Shown: in pieces, positions 22,550-35,399 of the stretch
Layout: every line of letters starts with the position of its first letter
Position numbering within the stretch: position 1 is the stretch's first letter
DNA from: Mobula birostris
Lineage: Eukaryota
NCBI RefSeq assembly: GCF_030028105.1
Contig: NC_092379.1
Location: 29,195,821 to 29,259,820, forward strand
Length of the DNA stretch: 64,000 bases
Direction of reading: 5' to 3'
The notes under the pieces: generated by a model
What the model was told of the DNA's origin: nothing
What the model saw: the letters and a program-made list of their open reading frames with translations, nothing else
Databases searched by the model: none
Made by a program: the position numbers and the translations under genes

Positions 22550-22760
22550 CGCTATGTCTCTCATTCTCACTGAACGGAGAATGGAGCACTGCATCGATGG
22601 TAAAGAGCAAAGGACAGAACTCCATTCTTATGTGCTCCCCTCATTTTAAAGAACGAAGGTACACGGTCTACACGAAGGACGTTCATAGAAGGTTCCTCTG
22701 GCTGCAGTGGTTGTATATTTGAGCAGGTGGTTCAGCATGTTCGCTGTTTAAAGGCCTAAA
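22550..22760 (-). pseudogene. Partial family-C V-like relic
   Basis: By-eye homology to 17175-17370. Confidence 0.4.
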
Positions 22761-23525
22761 GAGGTCGATTGAATGGTTTGGATGTGTGCTGCAGATGAGA
22801 AGGATAAGCACTGTTAGACAAATTTCTCTTGGCGAAAGAAGTTAGGAGAAAGGGACGTCGATAGGATTGAGAGATTGTCTTCAGAAATAAGGCGGAAGAT
22901 TGGGATCTGATGCAAATATGAGGTAGTCTGCAACCAGATAGGGAAGGATGGTGGGCAGCTGGGAACAGTTGGGGCAAATGGCGTCGATATAGGTGATTGA
23001 GTGCGTGGAGCCCGGGGCAGGAGCAGAAAAATAGAAAGACTGATAACTTTGGTGGTGTTGGAAAGAAGGGATGATTTGAATGGAATTGGGTAGCTCACAC
23101 GAACAGAGAACGATAAGACCGAGACATTTGAAACAGGAGAATTAAAAGTTAATACCGTCGCTTTGCAGATACCCCAGAGAGAAAATGAGGTGCAGTCCCT
23201 CCTGTTTGTATTTGGCCTCACTCTGGTTTTGGAGGAAGCTGACGAAGTCATCCTCTCCCTATCTACCAAACCGTTATCCTCGTATATGCAATTCTCCACC
23301 TTTCTGCGCGTCCCAAACTGCAAATAAGGGGCATAAGTGAGGGACGTCTTGGTTATGGGGGTGGGGTGTACGGGTGTTGAATCTCTTGTCCTTTGACATT
23401 GTAGCCATGATTAATCTCTACCCAGGGAGATGTGTGGTCGCCTCTGTTTCCTGCTCGGGCGCTCTTTGGATATGGAAGAAGTACTGAGGATACCCCTGCT
23501 ACTCCGACCCATTGCAATCGGGTCA

Positions 23526-23920
23526 AATTGTTGTTCAGATCCTCCGTCGCCCTTGAACCAAATATACACGGCGAAACTCCGCACAAAAACCCGGAACGAC
23601 TTAAACCATTGGCCTTTCTGATCCAGAGGACCCGGCGTCCTGCCAGGACCGTCTTCAGGCTGAATCACATCTCCAGTGATGAATACTGTCAACATTTTCC
23701 ACGATGCTCAACATACCACGTATTGCCTTCGCCAGTTTTGAGCAACTGCAGCTATGTGATATCGTCTCCCTTTCTTCGTTCATTGATTACCTCCGAACCT
23801 GGGCCAACGAAGCCACCTCACTCTTACCTGTAATAAACCCCGGGGTTTGAGCCATGGATAAGATACGTTGAAACGAGAGAATTGAATACCTGCACGTCAG
23901 GCTCATCCGACACTCCGTGA
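23526..23920 (-). pseudogene. Leaderless V pseudogene (family A-like): V exon 23827-~23559, heptamer deleted, degenerate nonamer
   Basis: Acceptor ttattacag/gt; KSEVASLAQVRR*...SHSCSC / TWYVEHRGK / MLTVFITGDVIQPED...FAVYI; spacer-like ttcaagggcgacggaggatctga + ACAACAATT; 23880-23920 matches V promoter sequence (TGACGTGC), not a leader. Confidence 0.8.
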
Positions 23921-23964
23921 GACAAGCATGTAATCAGAACGAACATGTGCCTTCCTCTCTATAT

Positions 23965-23996
23965 CTTCCTCTCTCTCTCTCTCTCTCTCTCTCTCG

Positions 23997-24044
<48 letters not shown>

Positions 24045-24045
24045 C
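23965..24045. repeat. (CT)n(CA)n microsatellite
   Basis: Direct reading. Confidence 0.95.
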
Positions 24046-24169
24046 ACATTCTGAGATCAGCATAAGGGTCCCATTATAATGAATAGACGATTTAGAACTT
24101 CTATAAGAGGATGGTGACTAGTTTTGCTCTCCCGCCTGGTGCCCTGGAGGCATTATCGATTAAAATCGC

Positions 24170-24340
24170 AGAAAAGAAAGTTTTGCAAAGGAATTAAGGG
24201 ACATGTGGAGACTTCAGAATTATGGGAGCGGACGTTAATAAATGAAAGTGGAATCTGGGATAGTCGAATCGCCAGGCCGTCTTTGTTTCTCCTGTTAATG
24301 ATCATAGTGCTGTGTCATTCTAGATATTCCGGATAACTGT
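24170..24340 (-). pseudogene. 3' part of a family-C V-like relic
   Basis: Homology to 3090-3220, including GTCTC-CACATG at the predicted coding end. Confidence 0.4.
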
Positions 24341-24379
24341 TCATTGGTTCATTGTTCAAGCGTCCATTCGTTGTCTTAG

Positions 24380-24382
24380 ACA

Positions 24383-24421
<39 letters not shown>

Positions 24422-24468
24422 CCTCTCTCTCTCTTTCTTTCTTTCTCTCTCTCTCTCTCTCTCTCGTG
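24380..24468. repeat. (CT)n microsatellite
   Basis: Direct reading. Confidence 0.95.
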
Positions 24469-25757
24469 AGTGTGCACATGATAAAAATAGTTTAGACTGC
24501 AAGTTTTCGCGCAGCTGGACTGTTGCGTACTCAAGGTGAATATGAGGAGACGTTCCTGGTTTTCTTGACTCAACGCACACCTCTACCTGGCTCTATCTGC
24601 CCATCATCCCTCCTCCATTTCGGCTACATGTCCTCCCCATCACTTGTCCATATTGGCTATCAGTCCTCTACCCTCTCAGTCCCGTTGCATGGTTTCCATC
24701 TTGCACTACAACTACTCTTTTACCTCCTCGGACGCTGCTTCGCCCACAGGGATCTTCCAGCAGTGTATTTTTATTGTATTTTTTTTTCTTCTGCTCATTT
24801 ACTCTTATGCAACAATCGATCATTTGCTTCAGGATGAAGGAATGTGGTGGTAGGAGATGAGAGTGCAAGGCAGAGTTTGAATCCACTAGGATTGTAGTTT
24901 CGGCAACACCGAATTTGGAGCAATCAATTAGGAAAGATTGTGATCCTTGCAGAATGAGGCACAAGCACACCTGGGCACAGGAGCACAAAACGGCGACTTT
25001 TTTTCTCTCTCAAAGTGGGAAATACAAAAGAACGACTTTCTGGCAGAGTGTAGTCCGTATGAAAGAGAGCTGAAAACGAGGACTAGAAGTAATTTTAAAA
25101 AGCGAATTGAGGAATGAAAAGGAAGTGTGAAAAAAATACCGGATCGCTCGGGCTGAGTGGGTCGGTCTTGCACAGAGTTTGTATATTATGGGCCCAATGG
25201 TTCGATTCTGTGACCTTCGGATTAGAAGCATGAGCGGTCCTGCATTGGACAGGGTGGGGTTTTATAACCATTTCTTTAAACTGGAATAAATTGTCCAACA
25301 TCCTCTCGGAGCGATGTTATACATATTAGAATAGCACGTGAAAAATCGTGCAAACAAATGATCTTGTGTACAACCCTCTTATGTTTCCCTGCCGGATTGG
25401 TTCCTAAATTCACTGATTACATCTGATTCCACCAACCCGCAGCAGTTCCACGCTGTGTGTTAAAAAACTCTGTCACTAAACTCCCGTCGTTTTAAAAAAA
25501 AATCTCCTTATCTCCTCTTAAATTTGTGCCCTTCAGTTCTTAAGCTTATGAACTTACATATATGGTATGGCCCACGAATGAAATAACAAGAGGAGTTAAA
25601 AGTTCAAATATTAGGAAAGTTGAAATATTGTTTGTTAACGCAATGCGAGTGCACAGGGGTACGACAGCCCAGTACATTCAGCAGTATCCGAGCAGGAAAT
25701 CCGGGACAGTTTTTTGAATTGGAAAGTAAGGGTTTAAGTCTTTCTTGCTTGCATCGT

Positions 25758-25840
25758 ACCAGGATGGCCGAGTGGTTAAGGCGTTGGACTTAAGATCCAA
25801 TGAACAAATGTTCACGTGGGTTCGAGCCCCACTCCTGGTA
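25758..25840 (+). tRNA. TRL-TAA: tRNA-Leu(TAA)
   Basis: 83-nt ACCAGGATGGCCGAGTGGTTAAGGCGTTGGACTTAAGATCCAATGAACAAATGTTCACGTGGGTTCGAGCCCCACTCCTGGTA; cloverleaf with a paired long variable arm (GAACA/TGTTC), A and B boxes, and a T5 run ~25 bp downstream. Confidence 0.97.
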
Positions 25841-26069
25841 ACTCATTAACAGGCTCACACTGAATTTTTCGGGGCACAGAAGTATTTCCACGTTTATTAT
25901 ATTTAAAGTATACATATATATTTTCCGCAAAACTCAGGTGGGAGGCCATTCGGGCCCACTTCCGACACATTCCACCACCACCCGCCCCTGTGATCTCGTT
26001 AGAGCGAAAAGAGGACAGAAGGCCTAAAAGTACCGCGATCTCTCAATCAGTTTGCAAACCCCACTGCTT

Positions 26070-27760
26070 CCCGTTACCCCAAACACAACAGATTCTGCAG
26101 ATGCTGGAATTCCGGAGCAAAACCCACAAACTGCTGGAGGAACTTAATAGGTCCCGTAACGTCTATGGAAATGAATAAACAGTCCACTTTCCGGGCCGAC
26201 TCCCTTATTAAGGACTGGAAAGGAAAGGGGATGACACCCTGATGTAAAGTTGAAGTGGGGGAAGGAGGACAAGTCAAAAGTTGATACGTGAAACCAGGTG
26301 GGTGAGAAAGGTAAAGAGCGGGAGAAGAATAAATCTAATGGGAGAGGAGAGTGGACCATGTGAGAAAAGGAAGCAGGATGGGCTCCAGGAGAATGTGATA
26401 GACAAGAGAGGAGAAAGATAAGAGGTCGGAGTGGAGGACGGAAGAACAGGGAATGGGGAGAAGAAAATGACTGGAGAAAAGTACTGGTCGGTTTGAAGCA
26501 ACTACTATATTTGACAAAACAAGATACAGCAGTCATCATATTGAAGCCCTTTCCGTCGACGCTACCCAATATTTTATGTGCTAAACATCAAAAGAAAATT
26601 ACATATCTACAATGCATCCATAATGCTTTTTTGGAAGTACACAGAATCTTCACGGGTCCCGATTTTCACCCACACCACAGACATCTAAATGAATTTTAAT
26701 CAGCATTCTCTGGCCCGTGATACAAGGCTTTTGGGAACCTATTGTCCAGAGCTGTATTTCACATTAAATCTACAATGTATGTTCGAATCTGAAGGCCAGT
26801 GACCGAAGTCAGTTACGTTAATTGCTACATGTGCTAGACTCAGAAATCTGCATAATAAGGCAACGAGCTGGAAAGAAGACATCTGATAGGAGAGGAGAGT
26901 GGACCATGTGAGCAAGGGAAGAAGGAGGGGCACCGGGGGAGGTGATAGACAGGTGGGGTGAATTTGGAGTCAGAGTGAGGAATGGAAGAAGAAGGAAGGA
27001 GGAGGAGGGAAAAATACCATAAGGAGAAATCGATCAAGTTGTAGCCTACCTGGACGGATGATGAGGTGTAACTCCTCCACCTTAAGAGTCGCCTCACTGC
27101 GGCAGAAGAGGAGTCCACAGAGTCCAGACAAACATGTCGGGAAGTGAATGGGGATTGGAATTAAAATGGTAAACGAGAAATTCTGCTTGTGGCAGATGGA
27201 GTGAAGGTGTTCGACAAAGCAGTCCCTCAATGTCCATTGGGTCTCACCAATACAGGGTATCAGGAGCACCGGATACAACAGATGTATCCGAAGCTCTTGG
27301 CACTCTGATGCCCTAGAAAGAAAAGCTTCTTTCTGGGAAAAGCTGCAGAGGAGACGAAGAAACTGATAAAAAGGAAGAGCATTTTACAGGAGACAGGGTA
27401 GAGAGAGGTATAGTCAAGGTACTGTGGGATATAAAAGAAGATGGTGGCCTAATTGTTTCCAGAGACGGAGACAGAGCGATCGAGAAATGGGAGAAAGGCG
27501 TCAGAAATTGTCCAAGTGAATGTTAGGGCATGGTGGATGTTGGATGCAAAGTTGAAATTGACAAGTTCAGTAGAGGTGCATGAAGAAGCTCCAATGCCGT
27601 CGTCAATGTAGTTTAGAAAGAGCTGTGGAGCATTACTTTGGAAGGTTTGGAACATGGACTGTTCCAAGTACCCAATAAAATGGTAGGCATTTATGGAGGC
27701 CTTGCATTAAAAGTTGGGGTAGATATTTTTTCTCCAGAGATAAAGACAGCGAGTTAGAGA

Positions 27761-27817
<57 letters not shown>

Positions 27818-28040
27818 GATTAAGGACAGGGAGGAAACTGGAGACAAAATAATGACCATTTTGAGCTCCGCATGCGCGAATGAAGCAGCACCAAATCAAT
27901 CACTAAGGTAACGCAGAAAGGGCTGGGGAGCATTATCTTGGAAGGCTTGAAACATGGACTGATCCACGTAGCCATCGAAAAGCCAGGCAAAGTTTAGACC
28001 CACGCGCCTCCTGTACCATCTTTGGGGCGCGGGTGTGTGG
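26070..28040 (-). mobile_element. Decayed Penelope-like element fragments
   Basis: ORF 27449-27667 (FLNYIDDGIGASSC...LPFLDRSVSVSG) matches the Penelope RT at 37671-38996; terminal-repeat sequence at 26070-26250. Confidence 0.75.
27760..27815. repeat. (GA)n microsatellite
   Basis: Direct reading. Confidence 0.95.
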
Positions 28041-28109
28041 CCGCACAGTGACATAAATGCTTCCTTTCACATAGCCTTTGTTGCCGCGCAGCTGGAAGAT
28101 GAGCCGATT

Positions 28110-28200
28110 ATAGATCCAATCAGAACGAGCTTGTGTTAACAGAGTCTCTACGTTTCTCACTCTCGGCTCTTCTCTCGCATCTTCTTGCACTAGAAATCCT
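28110..28200 (-). promoter_or_regulatory. Orphan V-promoter upstream module (CCAATCAG 28116-28123) whose V gene has been lost
   Basis: gatccaatcagaacgag..tgttaacagagtctct matches 21420-21460; no leader or V follows. Confidence 0.55.
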
Positions 28201-28499
28201 TCCCACACAGTCTCTCCTTCTCTTCTTTCTCTTTCATTGTCACTCTTTCTCACCTATTTCCTAATTCATCTCCTCTTTCTCCTTTCTCCTACATTTTCCT
28301 TCCACGTTTTTGTTCTCCTTCTCTTTTAGCCATTTTCTTTTCTCGATTCCTCACTATCTCGCATTGCCTCTCCTCTCCCTCTCTGTCTCCTTCCCTCTTG
28401 CTTTACCCTCTCTGTCCTCGCTTTGTCCTCTCCCTTTGCCTTTTCGCCTTTTTTACTCTTTCTATGTCGTGTCTTCTCTGTTATTCATTATCTTTCTTT

Positions 28500-28824
28500 C
28501 CCACATTCACGTCAAGTCCAGCCGTCCAAAACTCCTCAACAGCCCTGCCCGGTCTTTCATCATGATACGCCACGCTGTTGGGCGGACCACACATAGGCTC
28601 AGCCAGTTTCTGCGCAACTGCCCTGAGTAGGAACTTCTGCGCTTCCTTCAATTTGAATTCTCTCGGCTCCTGGCTCAACGAATCCGCCTCACTCGTACCG
28701 GTATCTCAGAAGTTTGAGAGCGGCCCTGATGACACTGATCACGTAGGACAAGCACTTAGCAATTAGACAGAGACCTAGCAGGACAAGAAGTCATGAGGAT
28801 CAGCAACCAAAGCAGGAGAGACAT
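28500..28824 (-). pseudogene. 3'-truncated V pseudogene (family A-like) with both splice sites mutated
   Basis: Leader MSLLLWLLILMTSCP with donor GT>CT; acceptor AG>CG; TSEADSLSQEPREFKLKE / GSCAETG*AYVWSAQQRG; no RSS. Confidence 0.85.
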
Positions 28825-28888
28825 TGTTTTTGAATTATAATCAACAGTAGGACATTTCGAAAATGTGACACAAGAGAAGTTCATTGTT

Positions 28889-28931
28889 TGACGTCAGGGT
28901 CGTCCGACATGAAAAATAGGTGGCCAATCAG
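28889..28931 (-). promoter_or_regulatory. Perfect CRE (TGACGTCA) plus CCAAT box upstream of the V pseudogene
   Basis: TGACGTCA 28889-28896; CCAATCAG 28924-28931. Confidence 0.6.
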
Positions 28932-29172
28932 AACGAGCGTGTATTAAAAGAGCCTCTTAGTTTCTCACTATCGTCCTCTCTGCTGCGTCTTCTTTTTGCA
29001 GCCGTTCCTTCCTCCTCCTCTCTATTCAACACTTTCTCTAGTCGGTTTTTCTCACCTGCTTCCTGTCTCTCCTTCTCCCCCCTTCTCTTTTCCCCTCTTC
29101 CTTTCTCTTTTTATTTTCTCCCTTTTCCTTTTGTCAGTTTATTCTATTTACCTTTCTCTCTTCCCCGTCTCC

Positions 29173-29328
29173 NNNNNNNNNNNNNNNNNNNNNNNNNNNN
29201 NNNNNNNNNNNNNNNNNNNNNNNNNNNNNNNNNNNNNNNNNNNNNNNNNNNNNNNNNNNNNNNNNNNNNNNNNNNNNNNNNNNNNNNNNNNNNNNNNNNN
29301 NNNNNNNNNNNNNNNNNNNNNNNNNNNN
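29173..29328. other. Assembly gap (N run)
   Basis: 156 N bases following a CT-rich tract. Confidence 1.
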
Positions 29329-29607
29329 AAAGATCCCTTGATGTGAGTATACAAGGATACAAGATCTAACTACCATAAGGGATTAGTGGCTAGCTTCTCT
29401 CTTGTTGCTTTGGAAGTACAGTCGATTAATATCACAGAGGAGATATTTATATTTTAAATTATTTACGCGACAATGAATATGGACACTTGAAAAAATGAAA
29501 GCGGGTGAAAGAAATGAAAGAGTGAAGAGGGAATCTGGAATTCTCCAATGGCCAGGTCTTTCTCTTTTTGCTAATGATCTGTCATTGTTCAAGCACCCAA
29601 TCAGTAC

Positions 29608-32600
29608 ATAGAACATAGAATAGTACAGCATAGTACAGGCCCTTCGGCCCACAATGTTGTACCGACCCTCAAACCCTGGCTCCTATATAAGCCCCCATCT
29701 TAATTTCCTCCATATACCTGTCTAGTAGTCTCTTAAACTTCACTAGTATATCTGCCTCCACCACTGACTCAGGCAGTGCATTCCACGCACCAACCACTCT
29801 CTGAGTAAAAGATCTTCCTCTAATATCCCCCTTGAACTTCCCACCCCTTACCTTAAAGCCATGTCCTCTTGTATTGAGCAGTGGTGCCCTGGGGAAGAGG
29901 CGCTGGCTATCCACTCTATCTATTCCTCTCATTATCTTGTACATCTCCATCATGTCTCCTCTCATCCTCCTTCTCTCCAAAGAGTAAAGCCCGAGCTCCC
30001 TTAATCTGTGATCATTATGCATACTTTCTACACCAGGCAGCATCCTGGTAAATCTCCTCGGTACCCTTTCCAATGCTTCCACATCCTTCCTATAGTGAGG
30101 TGACCAGAACTGGACACAGTACTCCAAGTGTGGCTTAACCAGAGTTTTATAGAGCTGCATCATTACATCGCGACTCTTAAACTCTATCTCTCGACTTATG
30201 AAAGCTAACATCCCATAAGCTTTCTTATCTACCCTATACACCTGTGAGGCAACTTTCAGGGATCTGTGGACATGTACCCCGAGATCCCTCTGCTCCCCCA
30301 CACTACCAAGTATCCTGCCATTTACTTTGTACTCTGCCTTGGAGTTTGTCCTTCCAAAGTGTACCACCTCACACCTCTCCGGGTTGAACTCCATCTGCCA
30401 CTTCTCAGCCCACTTCTGCATCCTATCAATGTCTCTCTGCAATCCTTGACAATCCTCTACACTATCTACAACACCACCAACCTTTGTGTCGTCTGCAAAT
30501 TTGCCAACCCACCCTTCTACCTCCACATCCAGGTCGTTAATAAAAATCAGGAAAAGTAGAGGTCCCAGAACAGATTCTTGTGGGACACCACTAGTCACAA
30601 TCCTCCAATCTGAATGTACTCCCTCCACCACCACCCTCTGCCTTCTGCAGGCAAGCCAATTCTGAATCCACCTGGCCAAACTTCCCTGGATCCCATGCCT
30701 TCTAACTTTCTGAATAAACCTACCGTGTGGAAACTTGTCAAATGCCTTACTAAAATCCATATGGATCACATCCACTGCACTACCTTCATCTATATGCCTG
30801 GTCACCTCCTCAAAGAACTCTGTCAGGCTTGTTAGACACGGACTGCCCTTCACAAAGCCATGCTGACTGTCCCTGATCAGACCATGATTCTCTAAATGTC
30901 TATAGATCCTATCTCTAAGAATCTTTTCCAACAGCTTTCCCACCACTGGTCTATAATTACCCGGACTATCCCTACTACCTTTTTTGAACAAGGCAACAAT
31001 ATTCGCCTCCCTCCAATCCTCCGGTATCATTCCCGTGGACAACGAGGACATAAAGATCCTAGCCAGAGGCTCAGCAATCTCTTCTCTCGCCTCGTGCAGC
31101 AGCCTGGGGAATATTCCGTCAGGCCCCGGGGACTTATCTGTCCTAATGTATTTTAACAACTCCAAAACCTCCTCTCCCTTAATATCAACATGCTCCAGAA
31201 TATCAACCTTACTCATATTGTCCTCACCATCACCAAGTTCCCTCTCATTGGTGAATACCTAAGAGAAGTATTCATCGAGGACCTCGCTCACTTCCACAGC
31301 CTCCAGGCACATCTTCCCATCTTTATCTCTAACCGGTCCTACCTTCACTCCTGTCATCCTTTTTTTCTTCACATAATTGAAGAATGCCTTGGGGTTTTCA
31401 TTTACTCTACTCGCCAAGGCCTTCTCATGCCCCCTTCTTGCTCTTCTCAGCCCCTTCTTAAGCTCCTTTCTTGCTTCCCTATATTCCTCAATAGACCCAT
31501 CTGATCCTTGCTTCCTAAACCTCATGTATGCTGCCTACTTCCACCTGACTAGATTTTCCACCTCACTTGTCACCCATGGTTCCTTCACCCTACCATTCTT
31601 TATCTTCCTCACCGGGACAAATTTATCCCTAACATCCTGCAAGAGATCTCTATACATCGACCACATGTCCATAGTACATTTCCCTGCAAAAACATCATCC
31701 CAATTCACACCCGCAAGTTCTAGCCTTATAGCCTCATAATTTGCCTTTCCCCAATTAAAAATTTTCCTGTCCTCTTTGATTCTATCCTTTTCCTTGATAA
31801 TTATAAAGGCCAGGGAGCGGTGGTCACTGTCCCCCAGAAGCTCACCCACTGAGAGATCTGTGACCTGACCCGGTTCATTACCTAGTACTAGATCTAGTAT
31901 GGCATTCCCCCTGGTCGGCCTGTCCACATACTGTGACAGGAATCCATCCTGGACACTCTTAGCAAATTCTGCCCCATCTAAACCCTTGGAACTAATCAGG
32001 TGCCAATCAATATTAGGGAAGTTAAAGTCACCCATGATAACAACCCTGTTATTTTTGCACCTTTCCAAAATCTGCCTCCCAATCTGCTCCTCTGTATCTC
32101 TGCTGCTACCAGGGGGCCTATAGAATACCCCCAGTAGAGTAACTGCTCCTTTCCTGTTCCTGACTTCCACCCATATTGACTCAAAAGAGGATCCTGCCCT
32201 TTCTGTAGCTGTAATAGTATCCCTGACCAGTAATGCCACCCCTCCTCCCCTTTTTCCGCCCTCTCTATCCCTTTTAAAGCACTGAAATCCAGGAATATTG
32301 AGAATCCATTCCTGCCCTGGTGCCAGCCAAGTCTCTGTAATGGCCACTACATCATAATTCCATGTATGTATCCAAGCTCTCAGTTCATCACCTTTGTTCC
32401 TGATGCTTCTTGCATTGAGGTACACACATTTCAGCCCTTCTACCTTACCGTCTTTACACCGTTTATTCTGCTTCTCTTTCCTCAAAGCCTCTCTGTATGA
32501 TAGATCTGGCTTTACTCCATGCACTTCTTTCACTGCTCTATCGCTCTGGGTCCCATCCCCCTCGCAAATTAGTTTAAATCCTCCCGAGCCATGCTAGCAA

Positions 32601-33680
32601 ACCTACCTGCAAGGATATTGCTCCCCCTCGAGTTCAGGTGCAACCCATCCAATCTGTACAGGTCCCACCTTCCCCAGAAGAGATCCCAATGATCTAAAAA
32701 TCTAAAATCCTGCTCCCTGCACCAACTCCTCAGCCACGCATTCAACTGCCATCTCCTCCAATTCTTACCATCTCGGTCACGTAGCTCTGACAGCAATCCT
32801 GAGAACGTCACCCTTGAGGTCCTGTTCTTCAGCCTTCAGCCTAATTCCCGCAACTCACACTTCAGGACCTCATCCCTCTTCCTGCCTATGTCGTTGGTCC
32901 CAACATGTATCACGACTTCTGGTTTCTTTCCCTCTCGTACCAGGATGTTGTGCACCCGGTCAGAGACATCCTGGACCCTGGCACCTGGGAGGCAACAAAC
33001 CATGCGGGTGTCCTTCTCACGTCCACAAAATCTCCTGTCTGCTCCCCTGAGTATAGAGTCTCCAATGATGACAGCTCTCTTCTTCTCCGTCCCACCCTTC
33101 TGCACCACAGGGTCAGACTCAGTGCCGGAGGCCCTGCCACCGTGGCTCACACCTGGTCGGTCGTCCCCGCCAACAGTATCCAGGATGGTAAATTTATTAT
33201 TCAGGGGATTAACTACAGGGGTGCTCTGCACTACCTGTCTGCTCACCTTCGCTTTCCCCCCTCTGACGGTCACCCAACGACTTGCTTCCGACAGCCTAGG
33301 TGTGACTACCTCCCTGTAGCTCTCATCTATGACTGCCTCATTCTCCCTTATGAGTCGAAGGTCATCCAGCTGCTGCTCCAGATTCCTTACACGGTCTTCC
33401 AGGTCGCCCAGCCGTATGCACTTCTGGCAGATGTGACTCTGCGGGAGAGGGGCGTTCCCCCAAGACTGTCACATCTCACATGAGAGGCACATCACCGTCT
33501 CAGGAGACATTGTAAAGACTAACTGCGAGCTAGCTCGTCCTTCGCCTCTTCTCGTCCTTCGCCTCTCGAGTCAAAGCCTCAAAGCTCCACTCCTTCACTG
33601 GCCCACTCACGCTCTGGCCGCTTTCCACTGGCCACTTCGCTTGAGCTATCCCTCTATTTATCTCAGACAGGCTCTGTCTC
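29608..33680 (-). mobile_element. Near full-length CR1 LINE (ORF1 Zn-finger + SGNH esterase; ORF2 APE + RT)
   Basis: ORF1 GDS / GTND / DGLH motifs (32569-33273); ORF2 stays in one frame 32533-29669 with two nonsense codons (31535, 31259); KFADDTK; (TTCTATG)n tail at 29608-29621. Confidence 0.97.
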
Positions 33681-35399
33681 TCCATCGACGCTGAGACAAC
33701 GAGAGGGGAGACCAGCTGTTCCGATGCTACAACCTTCCACGTTGCATTTACAACTCCCCGTGTCGAGGAATAACAGGCTGTCACTCTCCATCAAAAGAGG
33801 GAGAGAGAGGGTGGATCGCTCGAGTGAAGTGGCCTTGTTCCGACAGCAGCTGGCGATTAGAAACCACGCTTATATACATCAGTAGGTAGATGACGTTGGG
33901 TGAGCAAGTGAAGAAAAGACAGTGGATGAAGGTGAGAAGTTGAATCGAACGGGGAGGGTATGATGGACAGATGAACCAGGTGTGGAGGTGGAGATGAAAG
34001 AATAAGGACAGGACTGAAAGGTGGTAGTTGGAACTAGATGATGTAGGGATGGTGGGCAGGTAGTGCCAGCTGTGGAGAGAGCAAATACCAGGGAGGAAAG
34101 TGAAGAAAGGGTGGCGAGGCTATCAAGAATTGGGCAATTCAAATATTGGACCAGCCTGAGGTCCTATACAACCGGGTTCAAGAACAGCTGCTTCACTTCA
34201 ACAATTCGTCTTTGAACCAACCGCAAACCGGCAAAACCATATTTGCTAGAATTAGGGGCAGTGTGACCATTTTGATCACTTTGCACTAAAATGGGATTCA
34301 TTTTTTTAGTTCAAATTGTATCCCTTCTTGTAAAAATGTCAATGTTTTTCTGGGGAATGGTGTTTATCTGAAGCTATACGTCTCTGTTATTGTTGCAAGT
34401 AAGTTTTTCATTACACCTGTGCACATATGTACTTGTGCTCATGACAAAATATAACTTCAACTTTACGTATTCGCACAACTGGGCTGTTTTTCACTCAAGA
34501 GAAATATGAGCAGATTTTCTTCTGGTTTTCTCGACTCCTCACACACCTTCGCCTGTTTCTATCGGCCCATCACCCATCCCCCATTACGGTCCCACCGATC
34601 GCCTACCATCACCCACCACACTTCTTCCCTATGACTTCTATATGCAGGCTATCAGCCCTCTGCACTGTCAGACACGATGCAGGTTTTCCACCTTACATGT
34701 CAACCATTCTTTTACCTCCAGAGTTATCCACGGAGTTCGTCCAGCATTTTTGTTTTTTTTTCTTTTTGCTCATAGATGTTTAACAAAACAATCGATCCTT
34801 CATTTGTGTATGAGTGAATGTGGTGACGAGAGATGAAAATGCAAAGCGAAGTTTGAAACCACTGGGATTGTGTCTTCTGCAACACTGAAACCAGACCAAT
34901 CAATTAGGAAAGATTGTGATACATGCAGAATGAGGCACAAGCACTCCTGAGCACTAGAGCACAATAAAGTGACTCATTTTGTCTTAAAGGGGGGAATTCC
35001 AAGGAACGATTATATTGAAGTGTGGTCCACATGAAATAGTGCTGGAAACGGGGTCCGGAAGTAAGTTATAAACCCAATTGAGGAATGGAAAGGAAGTGTG
35101 AACAAATACCAGTTCACTCGGGCTAAGTGGATAGGTCTTGCACAGACATTGTATATTATGGGCCCAATGGATGGATTCTGTACCCTTGGTGATTGAGAGC
35201 TCGAGCGAAGGGGTCGGGGGAATGATTATTCATACCACTCTGTTACCTGGTATAAATGATCCATCATCGCTGGGAGCAATATTATGCATATTAGAATAGC
35301 AGCAAAAAAATAAGAATAACTGACCTTGCATTGGTAAATAAAATACAAATAAATGCAAATGTAAATACAGAAATCGAAGGAAGGTGGATTGAAACAGAG

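Noticed and set aside
22814-23323. 169-aa minus-strand ORF
   Set aside because: No recognisable motif, low-complexity composition and no splice-supported context.
23907-23950. Apparent leader exon MFVLITCLSH for the 23.8-kb V
   Set aside because: The sequence aligns with V promoter/5'UTR DNA (CRE-like TGACGTGC) and has no GT donor.
23526-28824. Germline-joined V(D)J genes, known in cartilaginous-fish Ig loci
   Set aside because: The truncated Vs are not followed by J-like sequence, and the breakpoints are not RAG coding-end positions.
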